A stretch of 62,383 bases of DNA, filler included, from Globobulimina sp. (lineage: Eukaryota): NCBI GenBank assembly GCA_003354225.1. It is 23 parts of 23 records of this genome, joined end to end, with 100 filler letters (N's around TTAATTAATTAA, not from the genome) between each part and the next. Parts side by side here need not be neighbours in the genome. Positions count along the whole stretch, not along the records: positions 35,333 to 37,948 come from PIVH01005705.1; positions 38,049 to 40,664 come from PIVH01005706.1; positions 40,765 to 43,380 come from PIVH01005707.1; positions 43,481 to 46,096 come from PIVH01005708.1; positions 46,197 to 48,812 come from PIVH01005709.1; 18 more parts are not named here. The stretch is one strand, 5' to 3'. The position numbers were made by a program, and so were the translations under genes. Each line of letters begins with the position of its first letter. The first letter of the stretch is position 1. This document shows positions 36,853-48,912 of this stretch, one piece after another. The notes below the pieces were generated by a model. The model ran no database searches. It saw nothing but the letters and a program-made list of their open reading frames with translations, and was not told where the DNA came from.

Positions 36853-37809
36853 TTACAACACAACAAACGACAAAATTTCAACACATAAAGAATAAGGAAT
36901 TTGAATTTGTTTATTACAACAATTTGCAAACAATAATAACATTTCTTTCTTTTGTAATATTTTAACATTCCATATATTCTCACCATACTTTATGGCGTTT
37001 AATACATTTCCAATATCTTTGTTATTAATATATTCATCTTTATTTAATATAGGAATAATAATATCATGTAAATGTTTTCCAACACCATTGGCTATCAAAT
37101 ATTGTATTGTATCCAATATTTTATTTCTTTCCATTTCTTTAATTTTACGATATTTATTTAATACATTAATTCCTAAATAATCATTGATTAATTTTATGCT
37201 TAAATATTCGCTCCAAAATAATCCAACCTCTTTAATATTAAACTTAATCAAATTGCCACAACTAAACACTTTATCGTTCAATGCCAAATTATATAACTCG
37301 TTTAAATTTTGTTTATCATCAAATAACATAAAATGCTCGCAAATAAAATGTAAAATTGGCGATAATTTATTAATATAATGCTTACCAATCGATGAGGCGT
37401 GAATCTTCTTAAAAATTGCATATTGAATTACTGCATTGTTTATAAAGCATTTTGAATACCGAATGTTATAATTATCATCAATATCAATCATACTTTGTTT
37501 ATCCCATTCATTGTTATCGTTTTTATAGGATTCATAAAAACATTTTGCTAAATAATTCCAAAACATATTTGCCATTTTATATGATGAATTATTTGATGAC
37601 ACTTCAACTGAACGTAATACATTGAATATTAACGATTTGATATCATCGAAAGAATCCATATCGTTCGACAAAATTGTCACCTTCTCTTTAATCATAAATG
37701 TGACAATCTCCAATGAATTCAAACGAATCGCCTGTTTTAATGATTTAATGGCGATATATCTGTCATAATTTGAATTTGGTAATAATTTATTATTTAAAAC
37801 AACACGCAT
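36853..37809 (-). CDS. Hypothetical helical protein, last exon; 5' end uncertain
   Basis: 318-aa ORF in very AT-rich DNA; C-terminal IPYSLCVEILSFV helix motif. Confidence 0.55.
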   Translation of the reverse strand: MRVVLNNKLLPNSNYDRYIAIKSLKQAIRLNSLEIVTFMIKEKVTILSNDMDSFDDIKSLIFNVLRSVEVSSNNSSYKMANMFWNYLAKCFYESYKNDNNEWDKQSMIDIDDNYNIRYSKCFINNAVIQYAIFKKIHASSIGKHYINKLSPILHFICEHFMLFDDKQNLNELYNLALNDKVFSCGNLIKFNIKEVGLFWSEYLSIKLINDYLGINVLNKYRKIKEMERNKILDTIQYLIANGVGKHLHDIIIPILNKDEYINNKDIGNVLNAIKYGENIWNVKILQKKEMLLLFANCCNKQIQIPYSLCVEILSFVVL

Positions 37810-38203
37810 ATATTTTGATTTATTTTCTTTAACTATAATATCAAATATTTTTTTGTATCTCGGCTTGTGATACTTTCTTCGTTAACAATATATTCACTTA
37901 AATTATTCATTAAATCTAGGAAGGATGGAATTTCTTTGTGGTTTTGTTNNNNNNNNNNNNNNNNNNNNNNNNNNNNNNNNNNNNNNNNNNNNTTAATTAA
38001 TTAANNNNNNNNNNNNNNNNNNNNNNNNNNNNNNNNNNNNNNNNNNNNTTCATGCTTCCATGTAGAAGTTTAAGCCTAAAAAGTCAATTCTGTACCTCTA
38101 ACGAGGGTCGTTTATGCAAATATCGAACAAAACTTGGGTCACACATAAAGTTTAAATGTTTAAATTTGGGTCACACGTTTAATGGGAATGGGAAAAAGAG
38201 ATG

Positions 38204-39645
38204 TTACAGTTGCTTCACTCTTTTTGCTTCAATGCAACGTTCCCTCAAATTCTTGGCACCAACCACACAAACTACACAACCTACAATCACCACCAACGCC
38301 GGCCCTATAATCTCCAATCCAAAAAAGGGATATTTTATCGGAAAACACATGTCATTCTTATCATTTCTTATATCATCCAATACTTCTTTAAATGAAGAAG
38401 TTTGATTATGATTCAACGGAACCGAAATAATGTTATCACCGGACGTAGAATCATAAATATTCAATGTATATTTATTCCCATCCACAATCTCAATCATTCC
38501 AAAATTTCTTCCATAATATCCATTTAAAACCTCTTCATTGTCATATTGCGTTCGATGGTACGATTCGTACGCATCTGCAATATGGAGAGCTAAAAACTTT
38601 TGCAATCCATAAGCTCTGCTCATTGTACCCAACGAATGTGTCATTCCCGAAGATGTTACTTCCAATGGACCATAATGTTTGTTTCCATGAATCAGCTCCG
38701 AATGATGGACATCTCCCGATACAAATAGCACATGTTTATCATCGGAATTATCACCAACTGAGTCATACATTAACTGCAATAACTTCTGCTTTTCATTGAC
38801 AAAATGTCCCCAAGACTCAAAATAAGGATTGCTTGTAAAAATTTGCGTGCTCGAAATGATTAACACCAGTTTGCTAGATTTATATTCATCGGATTTCAAT
38901 ATGTTTTTAAACCAATTCCATTGTTTTGCGCCCAAAACACTTTTATTTGCATCATGGATCCAACCAAAATAAGCACTTAAATATCGCACATATGATGCAA
39001 TGAATGCAGTGAATGGAATTTCATACTTGCCAATGGAGGGAATAATTGTCGGTGATCGGTGAGTGCGTGAATCCAATAAAATTATCAGAATATCATTCAA
39101 TTTATGAACAGAATAAACTCCATCACGTTGCCTTCGCACATCATTGACATTAATGTCTAAGAAATCTAATAATAGTGTTTGTGCCTCTTTTTGTATTGCT
39201 TTCGATAACCGGTTGTCTGCGTCATTAACACCAATGTCATGATCGTCGTATACACCTTCGACGATAACATCTGTTGCTATTAACTGTTGATATAATGGGT
39301 GTGATTTCTGTTTGTTTACATATTATATAATTACAACAAGCTCAAGTACGTACAAATGATGTGTTGGAAGATAAGTCCAAGTCATACCAATAATTTATAA
39401 TTCTTTGCAATGTGTTTCAGATCTGTTCCATGCTTAGTTTTGCCATAAACTGTGTCTCCAATCCATAACCAAACATCTGGTTCGATGTTTATTATGTTTT
39501 GTAGATAATCCAATGGGAATCGAAGATTGTTACAGGAACCAAACGCAATTCTGTTGATGTTCTTGTTTTGGTGGTTCGAGTCCAAATAAATCGAACTTGT
39601 AAATCCAAGTGTTGTGGAAATAAACAGAAAAGATATCCACGTCAT
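38204..39645 (-). CDS. phoD: PhoD-like alkaline phosphatase/phosphodiesterase with signal peptide and C-terminal TM; intron 39308-39387
   Basis: RIAFGSC, WLWIGDTVY, VYDDHDIGVND, LLDSRTHR, LGAKQWNWF, ESWGHF, SGDVHHSE, EVTSSGMTH. Confidence 0.9.
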
Positions 39646-39862
39646 GACTGTAGTGATTAATCCTGTGACCAGCGAACAAAAAGATTTATTTAAGCTGTTT
39701 TTAATTTTAAGACATTATATTTTTCTGCATACAGTTATAATTAATCCTAGGTTTGCGGGATTTCGCAACTATAAGTATTTGTATGCCGCAAATTCCTGAA
39801 AATAATTGTTAGAAAGTAAATGCAAATAATTGCAATCTTAGTAAACAAATGACACTCCGAGA

Positions 39863-40357
39863 TTAAACAAGAAATTTTGGTGTATCCGGCAAAGATTGCA
39901 TGTCTTTTTGTAATTTTGCTGATGCATAATGTTTCATGATAATGTGATCAATGACTGGTCGTTCTCCTTCTTGAAATAATTCATTTGACAAATTAGAAGT
40001 GCTGTTTTGTTTCATTTCACTGTCAAATTCAACATTTTTTTTATATATTTTCCTGTTTTCGCCAGCTGGCTCTTCCTGGAATCTTCCTGTTGTGAATGTA
40101 GGAAGTGACCTCGATGAAGGTCGTGTCTCCTTGAAATCTAAAATTCCTTTATGTTTATTAATATCTTCACGCTGTTTAATTTCACTTATTCTCTTTTCAT
40201 ATTCCAAATCTTCTTGTTGTGCTTGCTTTTGTTTGTTCACGCGACATTTTTGCAGAATAATCCACACTATAAATGCGACAATTTGCGCAAAAATGATAAG
40301 AGCACATATAATTAATATAAAATACAATCGGAAGCTAATGGAAATGTTATCATTCAT
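39863..40357 (-). CDS. Small single-pass membrane protein
   Basis: N-terminal TM followed by a charged tail. Confidence 0.55.
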   Translation of the reverse strand: MNDNISISFRLYFILIICALIIFAQIVAFIVWIILQKCRVNKQKQAQQEDLEYEKRISEIKQREDINKHKGILDFKETRPSSRSLPTFTTGRFQEEPAGENRKIYKKNVEFDSEMKQNSTSNLSNELFQEGERPVIDHIIMKHYASAKLQKDMQSLPDTPKFLV

Positions 40358-40423
40358 GATGAGTTTACTGTTTTCTTCTAGTTAAACTTAACCCCCCTAC
40401 ATCTCCTTATAATTCTTATTTTA

Positions 40424-40664
40424 ATGCAGCCGATATCACCACATGTTACAAAACGACCAATTTATGATTATCTGTACATGATATTCATTGCATTGACGTA
40501 TGGCTTAGTATTTTTGTTTCGAACATCGATTGGTCCAATAACAGATGTTATTGCAAGTGAATTCAACACCACATCCTCTGGCGTTGGAATGCTATCATCG
40601 TCCTATTTTATTGCATATGTTTTGGTTCAAACACCATGGGGTTTATATTTGCAGATATTCACCT
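40424..40664 (+). CDS. MFS transporter N-terminus, 3'-partial
   Basis: FLFRTSIG...EFNTTSSGVGMLSSSYFIAYVLVQTPWG fits MFS TM1-TM2. Confidence 0.75.
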
Positions 40665-40766
40665 NNNNNNNNNNNNNNNNNNNNNNNNNNNNNNNNNNNN
40701 NNNNNNNNTTAATTAATTAANNNNNNNNNNNNNNNNNNNNNNNNNNNNNNNNNNNNNNNNNNNNTC

Positions 40767-40895
40767 AATGTTGGTGCAGCCACTGCCCATGCACTACGGG
40801 TTAATTTTGTTGGTGAATTGGGTTGGGAGTTACACCATCCGATTGAAACCCAGAATGCGATTTATGATATGGTAATGGAGGCAGGTGCGGAAATG
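40767..40895 (+). other. Fragment of a GcvT-family (dimethylglycine/sarcosine dehydrogenase-like) gene, bacterial-looking; missing from the ORF track
   Basis: Manual translation NVGAATAHALRVNFVGELGWELHHPIETQNAIYDMVMEAG. Confidence 0.8.
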
Positions 40896-41349
40896 CGCCT
40901 TGGCAAAGCGGAGGATCCGTAAGATGTCGATGGGAGTGTTTGAGATGAATAGCAAGCGCATGGATCGCATCTATAAGAATCATATGGATAACAAAAAAGC
41001 GAATCAACGCAAGCAAAGCTATGGCGCAGAGGACGAGGCGTCGAGCACTTGTACGAGTATCAGCAGTTTGGAGAGACAGAGCAGCGACACCGGCTCCGTT
41101 ACGAGTCAATCTTCAGTGTCGACGTACGATCAGTATACAAATAGAAATTCCATCTCTTTGAGTCAAGATTTTCGGCGCTATTCTCGAACCGACGACGATT
41201 TGTTTGAATTGCGATTGCCGTGTTTGACTTTTACGCCGCGCGCAAGTATGGATACGCCGTATCACGACATGGATGAAGACGATTTCATCTTAGATGGCGG
41301 ACATAGTCGCAGACAAAGCAGGTCCACCAAGAGGAAATATTCTCAATAA
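40885..41349 (+). CDS. C-terminal disordered part of an unknown eukaryotic protein
   Basis: Ser-rich 154-aa frame followed by an AT-rich 3' UTR. Confidence 0.5.
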   Translation: MRKCALAKRRIRKMSMGVFEMNSKRMDRIYKNHMDNKKANQRKQSYGAEDEASSTCTSISSLERQSSDTGSVTSQSSVSTYDQYTNRNSISLSQDFRRYSRTDDDLFELRLPCLTFTPRASMDTPYHDMDEDDFILDGGHSRRQSRSTKRKYSQ

Positions 41350-41953
41350 TGTCATTTAATTCTGTTGTTAATTATTGTTTGATTGTTTGATAATCTTTTT
41401 TTTTTTTAATTTTTGCGCTTGGAATTAAGAAATCTTGACAATGTATGAAGAGATTTCTGTGGCTGGCTTTTTGCGGTGAGCTTTGACTGATCTTTTCCGG
41501 GAGTTTTAGGATCGACGATTCGACGTTGTTCCATACATCAAATAACATCAACGATAGATTTTGGATAACCCCCCATTCGTCTACTAACCAAAACTTCATC
41601 CAGCACTTTTTTGAGAATTCAATTTTCAGATTTCTGAAACTAACATATTCGTCTACTAACCTTTGAAATTGTCGATACTGCGGAATAACAACATTGAAAA
41701 AAACAATATTAATAAATGCAATTTTTTTACAAGAAATATTAGAAATTATTAAATATATTGATAATTATAAATATTTAAGAAAATCGTTTGAAAAAATTGT
41801 GATTATTAATCCAAAATTAGAGAAATCATATAAAATATCAAGATAATTAAACAACATAATTCATGCTTTGTCAAAAAACTAGCTTTATTTTTAATCTTTA
41901 CACTTCACATTAAATCAGTGAATGCAACAAATCCAACTCGAGTATCACGTAAT

Positions 41954-42634
41954 ATGGAGTCAAAACTAAATATCATTCGTGGAAATGAAGGTGTTGGCAG
42001 AAAACAAGAAATAATTGGACAATCCATGCCGCCACAAACAACAGATACTTCGGATTTGCACCAATCTGTTTACGTTCACTCTGAAAAAATAGAAAGTCGT
42101 TATGATCACTCAAATCTAAGTAACAATCACGAATCACATTATAAACAGTCCACTTTTACACGATCTGATACCGTCAAAATCCATTTTGATTGTAGCTACA
42201 ATGAAACCAACGTAACCAATGCAACCACTCCCAAAGCAGTCACGGAAACAACGGAGCAGACTCAGCCGATTGTATATGAATATGGTACTGGACATGTATC
42301 ACAATCTGTTTTTACTGGGGCGTTGACAGTAAAAATAGATCAAGTTTGTAGCAATAACAAAGATACGATGGAATCTGACAATTCACCTTCAACATCGCTG
42401 TCATCATCATCGTTTGGAGCAGCTTCGAATTCATTGGATGTTTTAAATAACGAACAGGACAAAAATGCAACAAACAATGAAGAGTCCCACTTTGAAGATG
42501 AAGATACAATTTATTCTTATTCCTCAACAGAGCCATCTGCAACGTATACAGAACCACCAACTACATATACCCCAACAATCAATACTGGGACGAGCTTCAA
42601 TTCTGTGTCTGGTTCTGATATGCTTTATAATTAA
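41954..42634 (+). CDS. Ser/Thr-rich disordered hypothetical protein
   Basis: Open frame of over 225 aa. Confidence 0.5.
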   Translation: MESKLNIIRGNEGVGRKQEIIGQSMPPQTTDTSDLHQSVYVHSEKIESRYDHSNLSNNHESHYKQSTFTRSDTVKIHFDCSYNETNVTNATTPKAVTETTEQTQPIVYEYGTGHVSQSVFTGALTVKIDQVCSNNKDTMESDNSPSTSLSSSSFGAASNSLDVLNNEQDKNATNNEESHFEDEDTIYSYSSTEPSATYTEPPTTYTPTINTGTSFNSVSGSDMLYN

Positions 42635-42779
42635 TAAACTATATATTTTGTTGTATATACTGTATATGTTTTCCATATTTTGCTTTGTGTTTCTGATTTT
42701 TTTCGGAATATTCCTACTCGAACCTGCATATTGTTCGGATTTTTAGCAAAGGTTTTTTTAAGATCAAAGTACGTTAGCA

Positions 42780-43380
42780 ATGTCATCTGAAGAATACACG
42801 ACTGAATTAACAACATCTGGTTATATTAGAAGCAGTTATAAAGAAAACATACCGCCTGAACTAAGCAGAATGATCAAATCATTTTATGATTTATACTATC
42901 ATTGGCATTTTAAAAGCAACAAAATCACTAATTTTTTACAGTCAGAACCAGGGCATGAACTACAAAGCAATTCATTCAAAATCCGAGGTATAACATTTAA
43001 TTTATTATTATTTCCAAACGGAAAAGAAGATGATGACAAAACTGGTTTCGTCCGTTATTTTTTATATGTTGCTGATGTTCCTGCCGATATTGATTATTTT
43101 GGTGTTTATTGTAAGTTAATATGCAATCAAACACGAACAGAATTTGAATTTTTTGAAAGATTCAATGGCTGCGATAATTACTGGGGATGGCTATATCCAT
43201 TACAATTGTCTCAATGTACAAGTTTTCAGCATTTATGCTTTGATTGTTTTGTGGATATCAAACACATAAAATATGCAAAAGATTGCGATAAAATAGATTT
43301 TGTCAAAATGACTCCCATTGAGAGATCAGTAGCATATCAATGGAAAGTGGATGGTGGCATTCTTGCAAACTTAAAAAGCT
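42780..43380 (+). CDS. MATH/TRAF-domain protein with N-terminal GYIR...IP.EL motif, 3'-partial
   Basis: LQSNSFKIRGITFNLLLFPNG...VRYFLYV...YWGW...FDCFVDI; a second MATH repeat begins at YQWKVD. Confidence 0.75.
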
Positions 43381-44381
43381 NNNNNNNNNNNNNNNNNNNN
43401 NNNNNNNNNNNNNNNNNNNNNNNNTTAATTAATTAANNNNNNNNNNNNNNNNNNNNNNNNNNNNNNNNNNNNNNNNNNNNAATATATTACGATGAGACAT
43501 GCATAGCGATTGGCGAGGTGTTCGACAGGATCATGGAAAAAAGCAAAAAGCGTTTTTGAACAGCAAAAAAAATCAGTACTTATCGGAGAGGCCTAATGTT
43601 TGTTGTGTGTGGTTTTAGCAAATGATATGTTTTTTATCTTTTATAGATAACGGAAATGGAAGAAAAGAAAGAGGAATCATTATGGAAACATGCTGTTTAT
43701 TCAACTGCTGATACTAAAACATTGTCAAATGATGAAACAAAATGTTTGATGCATATGGTGTTGCCGCAAAAAGCAGGGAAATATGTCTGTAAATATTCGT
43801 TTATTGGACATGCAACACAAACTACTGAGTGGTGGATTTCTTATCATTTCAAATAAGGAGATCGAGAGTTATGTAATAATGCTAGTTGTGGTCTATATTA
43901 ATATAAAAATAATGATTTTTATGAAGGTGTGTCATTATCGGGAACAGCAATTGTCGAATTAAATGGAAATGAAGATGAAGATCAACGAAAACTTGCATTA
44001 TATCACCAATCACATTCCTATTATCAATCTGGAATGAAACATTGTTGTCCTTTTCTAGAAATTTCACACATATCCACATTGATGTACCAAATCAAAATAA
44101 AAACATAATGCAAGCAATTCTCATTAACGAAAACGCAGAGCCTGCCGCTGAAATTGATGAATGATAAATGACATCATCGATGAAACAGAGACAACTGAGT
44201 CAAAAAATGATTATTTAACGTCTTTGGATGGTTTAATACCATAAATGTTATTTTAATAAGGCAGCGGGGATACGGCTTCCAACTGGTATTCAGCCATTTA
44301 TATTATATGGACTTGCCACCCAATAATGTTTTGTATCAATGTATTAAAAAATGTGACATTAAATTCCAGTGAAGCGACTCG

Positions 44382-44815
44382 TTATGTTTTTCCAATGGAT
44401 CTAAAAAATGATCGATAAAATCTCTCTTGTATCCACTCATTCATTTCAGTCTTTGTTACCTCACATTTCTGTGCTGAGCGCAATGCATCAAACTTATTAT
44501 TGCGTACTAAGCCAAACAAAGAGGATAAATATAAAATAATAGGTACAGTTTGGCAAAATATAAACGATTTGTCGTCATTTTCAATCTTCAATGCGGGTGG
44601 ATACAGAGGCACATATTCATTCTGTTTCTGATCTGTTGATAATGACGAAAAAATTGGAAAAAATTCTTGAATCTGTTTGATTTCACTGACTTCCTGATAC
44701 GGGACATTGGCAAAGACAAATATTAAATATTAAAACGAATAAAATTTCCTCTATTTTTAAGTGGCCAATAAAATAATGTATATTCATCCTCTTGATCTGG
44801 GAAATCCTGTTTCAT
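44382..44815 (-). pseudogene. Glutathione S-transferase-like pseudogene
   Basis: YTLFYWPLKNRGNFIR/LIFVFANVPYQE...PLYPPAL...CQTVPIILYL; a short TTAATATT-type duplication shifts the frame and the C-terminal domain is degraded. Confidence 0.65.
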
Positions 44816-44904
44816 GTCATCATGAACAATGTTTGTTGGACTTTCGTCTATTTTTGATAATGTCATCATGATGCACTGTTAAGTTTTTTTTATGGTAAAT
44901 AAAC

Positions 44905-45560
44905 ATGTCAACTCGTTATGATTGGTTGAAACTCGTACCTCAAATGACCAAATGTTTAGTATTTGGATATATGAGAGAAGCACAGGAATTGCTGCCTACA
45001 CATTCTGCCTATTTTAATATTCCTTCGTTAGTGACATTTATTGCAATCCAAATTAAACAGAAATGTTTGGTGTTGACGGTGCAAATATGACATTGAACGA
45101 AACTAAAGACACAATAACAATGCCACACAATGTTTACCAATTTGAATGTGTACATTGTATGGAACTATGCTGATTGATTGCAATATTGATTGTGTCTATG
45201 AATGGCATTTTAAAATGGTAGGAATAGGTATCGATGACGCAAAAAATAAATGCGTGTGATCATGTTATTTGGATTCAAGTGATAATTGCTGTGCCTTTTG
45301 GAGTGATAAAGAAATTGAGGGAGCGCATCAAAATATTGCTACAAACGAAGTGGAAGAATATGAAACCGGGGACATTGTGAGAATGCAAATAAATATATAC
45401 AAAGAACAAAACAATAAAATATTGCACAAATGATACAGATCATGGAGTGGTCCGGTCCTATTTGAAGCGAGAAAAACCAAAATCAATCTTGCTATAAATT
45501 ATCATATGGCCATCACAATGATGAAGGGCTCCATCAAATTGATGTCTTGCACGCAACGTT
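44905..45560 (+). pseudogene. Frameshifted SPRY/B30.2-like gene remnant
   Basis: LVFGYMRE...NIPSLV N-terminus; YGTMLID...YEWHFKM and ETGDIVRMQIN lie in different frames. Confidence 0.55.
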
Positions 45561-46342
45561 TTGCTTTTGCATAATCAAATTTTTAATTCTGTCCATCACT
45601 CTGTGACTGCTGTCTGCTGTCTGTGCATACTGTATTCTTCAACTGACAAAGAAGAAGCACTCAAATATCGACTTAAAAAGATCGAGAAAATAGCAGTCGA
45701 ACTCGAACAGAGAGAAGCAGCGAAAAATAAGAAACTGAAAGGTAGCGAATGGAACACCGGTGCCACTGTGGAAGAGTTTGATTTTATTAAATTGTACAAA
45801 GACTGTCAATGACTATTAAACATATTGGATTGTTGGAGTGCAATATATTCGATTACATCTCCAAAATATTGTCAGGTCAGATGTATACAAATGGAAAGTA
45901 CTCAAGTTTCTTGTCAAGAGCCGCGGAAATATGATATCGATTGAAGTGTCTACATATTCATTGGCGATCGATCCATAACATAATATTTGGTATAAACGCC
46001 TTGCTCAAAGTAGATGGTCAAATTATGCTGTTTTTCACAACTGTGAGACACTTTCATTTGCCATAAAAAAACTTCAACTTTTTCACTAACCAAATANNNN
46101 NNNNNNNNNNNNNNNNNNNNNNNNNNNNNNNNNNNNNNNNTTAATTAATTAANNNNNNNNNNNNNNNNNNNNNNNNNNNNNNNNNNNNNNNNNNNNGTAA
46201 TGCAACCATTACCCATAGTAATCTATGGTGATTATAGATGGATGACGCACTCAAGTGAGGTGAATCAAAACTTTGTTAATATATTTTCTGTCACGACAGC
46301 ATGGTGCAAACAAAAATGAAAAATGTCGCAGTGTAAAATAAC

Positions 46343-48721
46343 ATGGCAGTTTGTGTCAATAGAAATTACGAGAAACTTCCAAACTTTATTCATAAGCAGC
46401 TCCATTACCACATATACACCATCCAACATCATAAATTCTGTGCTGGCGTCGAATCCATTCGAATACGAACACATAACATTCCTCGATACGCAGAACAGAT
46501 GAACAGAAAAATAAAAATGTCCGCTTCCAAAAGACATTCAATTCCAGGTGCAATACACATCGATGTTATCAATATCAAATCTGATGCGGAACAAAGTAAC
46601 CATCCCATTCCAAAAGAAATAGACAAAGAAACAGTAATATCGTGGATATCCGCCATCATAAAGTCGACCCATTCCGGTGATATCCGCGCAGTAAAATTAA
46701 TATATTCTACCATCCAATCTCTCCATTTATCCACTGTTTATCCTCCAATCTATCACGCATTGATCTGCGGCCATGGCAAACTCGGCGACATTGACACAAT
46801 GCTCCATTTGTACCACACACTGTTACACCATCACAAAGCAAATGGCAATGCGTTACCAGTCGTGACCTCCAGCATAGTGACCACAGTCTTATCATGTTTG
46901 GCAATGTACAGACGGACCTTTGAAGCAATCACATTATTCGACCAATATTTAGCACTTCCAGACTCACAGCCGGATATCCATGCATTTTGTATGATGTTTC
47001 GACATTGCTCGTTCACTGCAAATTGGCACTTATCCAGCAAATATTTTGTCAAAATGTATAAAAGTTACAAGCTGCATCCAAATGATTTATGTTTTAAGTA
47101 CATATTAGAAACGTGTTTCTATTGCAAACCGCCCAAATACGAAGAAGCAATCTCTATTTTGCATGGCATGGAATCAGATTGGAACATCCAACCGAATGTG
47201 CTGCATTTTTGCGCAGTGATTCGCACTCTGTCCACTCCGTTCGCGTTGATTCAAAACCCATTGTCTCAGGACGTCGCAGTGCAGATTGAAAACAATAACG
47301 ATTTCCAACTGTATAAATTCAAATTGTTACACGGCAGATTGTTTGACAACATATCAGTCAATAAATGTTTAAGTGATTCAGACTTGCAACGCTGTTTAGA
47401 TTTATTCGATGAAATGACCGATGTTTATGGCGTCATACCCAACGATAAAGCGTTTGGTGAATTGTTCTATGCCATGGACAAGGCGAGAAACCTCGAAATG
47501 GCACTGAAATATCGGCAATATTGGAAGCGGAAGTTTCCCACAGTTCGCCAGCAAGGCTACAGTTTCCAGAGACTGCTCAGTATTTGTTCCAGTATCTCCT
47601 CATGGAATGATGCAGTGAGTATTTATGAAAGCACTGCTTTGATTGACGATTTGTACAGTTACGATGGGGACACTTTGCAGCTTCAGGCTCATCATAAGGT
47701 GCAGCCGGAAATTGGTGTATTTACGCAATTGTTACGCTGTGCGAAGAATGATGTGTCGCGACAGCTTTTCGATGGCATTTTGACTAAAATGGAAGCAGAG
47801 GAAGTTATATTGGACAGAATAAAATATGTTCAGTCGCAAATGTATAGTTTTGGCTACACACCGAATGACATGACATGGGTATTTTTGCTGCAGTCCGCGG
47901 CCATGGTGGAAAGTAAAGATTTATGCGATAGGTTTTTGAAGAGAATGTTCCAATTTTTCATGAAACCATATCAGCAGAAACGCGTCCGAGCCTTTATGAA
48001 TTGGGGAGAAAATGAGCATTTTTATCAACAAATGGGGGATAAAAAAATGATACCAAATGAATTTGCTGATCGTGATGATACGTTTGCGAATTGCTGGGAC
48101 TATTATGATGTCAATAAATTTAATGTCGGTTTTGGAGTGTTTCAAGCCATCATAGCTGCTTTGTTTTGGAGCAAACAAATTGAGAAAGCAGTGATGTTGT
48201 ATCATGATTTTTATTTTGTAAAACAAGCATTTACACATTGGCATACCACAATGGATGGGGGAAATGCAATGGATGGAGATATTGATATTGATTTTCATGG
48301 ATATGATCCAGCTCTCGCAGCTATTGCATTGTTATATATATTTCAGAACGAGTTTGAGAGTGTTTATTATAATTTTCTATGTCAAACACTTAATGACAGT
48401 ATGTTCAGTGATTTAAAGGACAAAAATGCATCGGAATTAGTGATAAATCTAAAATTGAACAATAATCATGAATATATGGATAGGGATCTTAAAATAGAGA
48501 GGAGAAAGGGACGGAATTTAAAGATAATAACAGGAAAAGGTACTGGTAATGAGGAAGGAACGAGTATTTTAAGACCATGGATAAAATTATGGCTTGAAAA
48601 TGAATTCGTTCCACCAATTCAATCATATATACATCCCAGAAATGTTGGTGTCTTAGTCTTAAATTCAAATGACGTTCTTGCTTATATTCAACAAAACAGA
48701 CATAAATTTGGTAATCATTGA
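46343..48721 (+). CDS. Pentatricopeptide-repeat protein with C-terminal SMR domain (PPR-SMR)
   Basis: PPR-like repeats (IYHALICGHGKLGDIDTMLHLY, PDIHAFCMMF, PNDLCFKYILETC, PNVLHFCAVI, PNDKAFGELF, PNDMTWVFLL); SMR motifs IDFHGY, LKIITGKG, ILRPWI, NVGVLV. Confidence 0.88.
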   Translation: MAVCVNRNYEKLPNFIHKQLHYHIYTIQHHKFCAGVESIRIRTHNIPRYAEQMNRKIKMSASKRHSIPGAIHIDVINIKSDAEQSNHPIPKEIDKETVISWISAIIKSTHSGDIRAVKLIYSTIQSLHLSTVYPPIYHALICGHGKLGDIDTMLHLYHTLLHHHKANGNALPVVTSSIVTTVLSCLAMYRRTFEAITLFDQYLALPDSQPDIHAFCMMFRHCSFTANWHLSSKYFVKMYKSYKLHPNDLCFKYILETCFYCKPPKYEEAISILHGMESDWNIQPNVLHFCAVIRTLSTPFALIQNPLSQDVAVQIENNNDFQLYKFKLLHGRLFDNISVNKCLSDSDLQRCLDLFDEMTDVYGVIPNDKAFGELFYAMDKARNLEMALKYRQYWKRKFPTVRQQGYSFQRLLSICSSISSWNDAVSIYESTALIDDLYSYDGDTLQLQAHHKVQPEIGVFTQLLRCAKNDVSRQLFDGILTKMEAEEVILDRIKYVQSQMYSFGYTPNDMTWVFLLQSAAMVESKDLCDRFLKRMFQFFMKPYQQKRVRAFMNWGENEHFYQQMGDKKMIPNEFADRDDTFANCWDYYDVNKFNVGFGVFQAIIAALFWSKQIEKAVMLYHDFYFVKQAFTHWHTTMDGGNAMDGDIDIDFHGYDPALAAIALLYIFQNEFESVYYNFLCQTLNDSMFSDLKDKNASELVINLKLNNNHEYMDRDLKIERRKGRNLKIITGKGTGNEEGTSILRPWIKLWLENEFVPPIQSYIHPRNVGVLVLNSNDVLAYIQQNRHKFGNH

Positions 48722-48912
48722 AAGTTGAGTTAGTTGACACACGTTGTCCTTCAGTCGCACAACTAATATTATTGCCGAATCGTTAAATATAGATCAAGTG
48801 CTGAATATTCAANNNNNNNNNNNNNNNNNNNNNNNNNNNNNNNNNNNNNNNNNNNNTTAATTAATTAANNNNNNNNNNNNNNNNNNNNNNNNNNNNNNNN
48901 NNNNNNNNNNNN

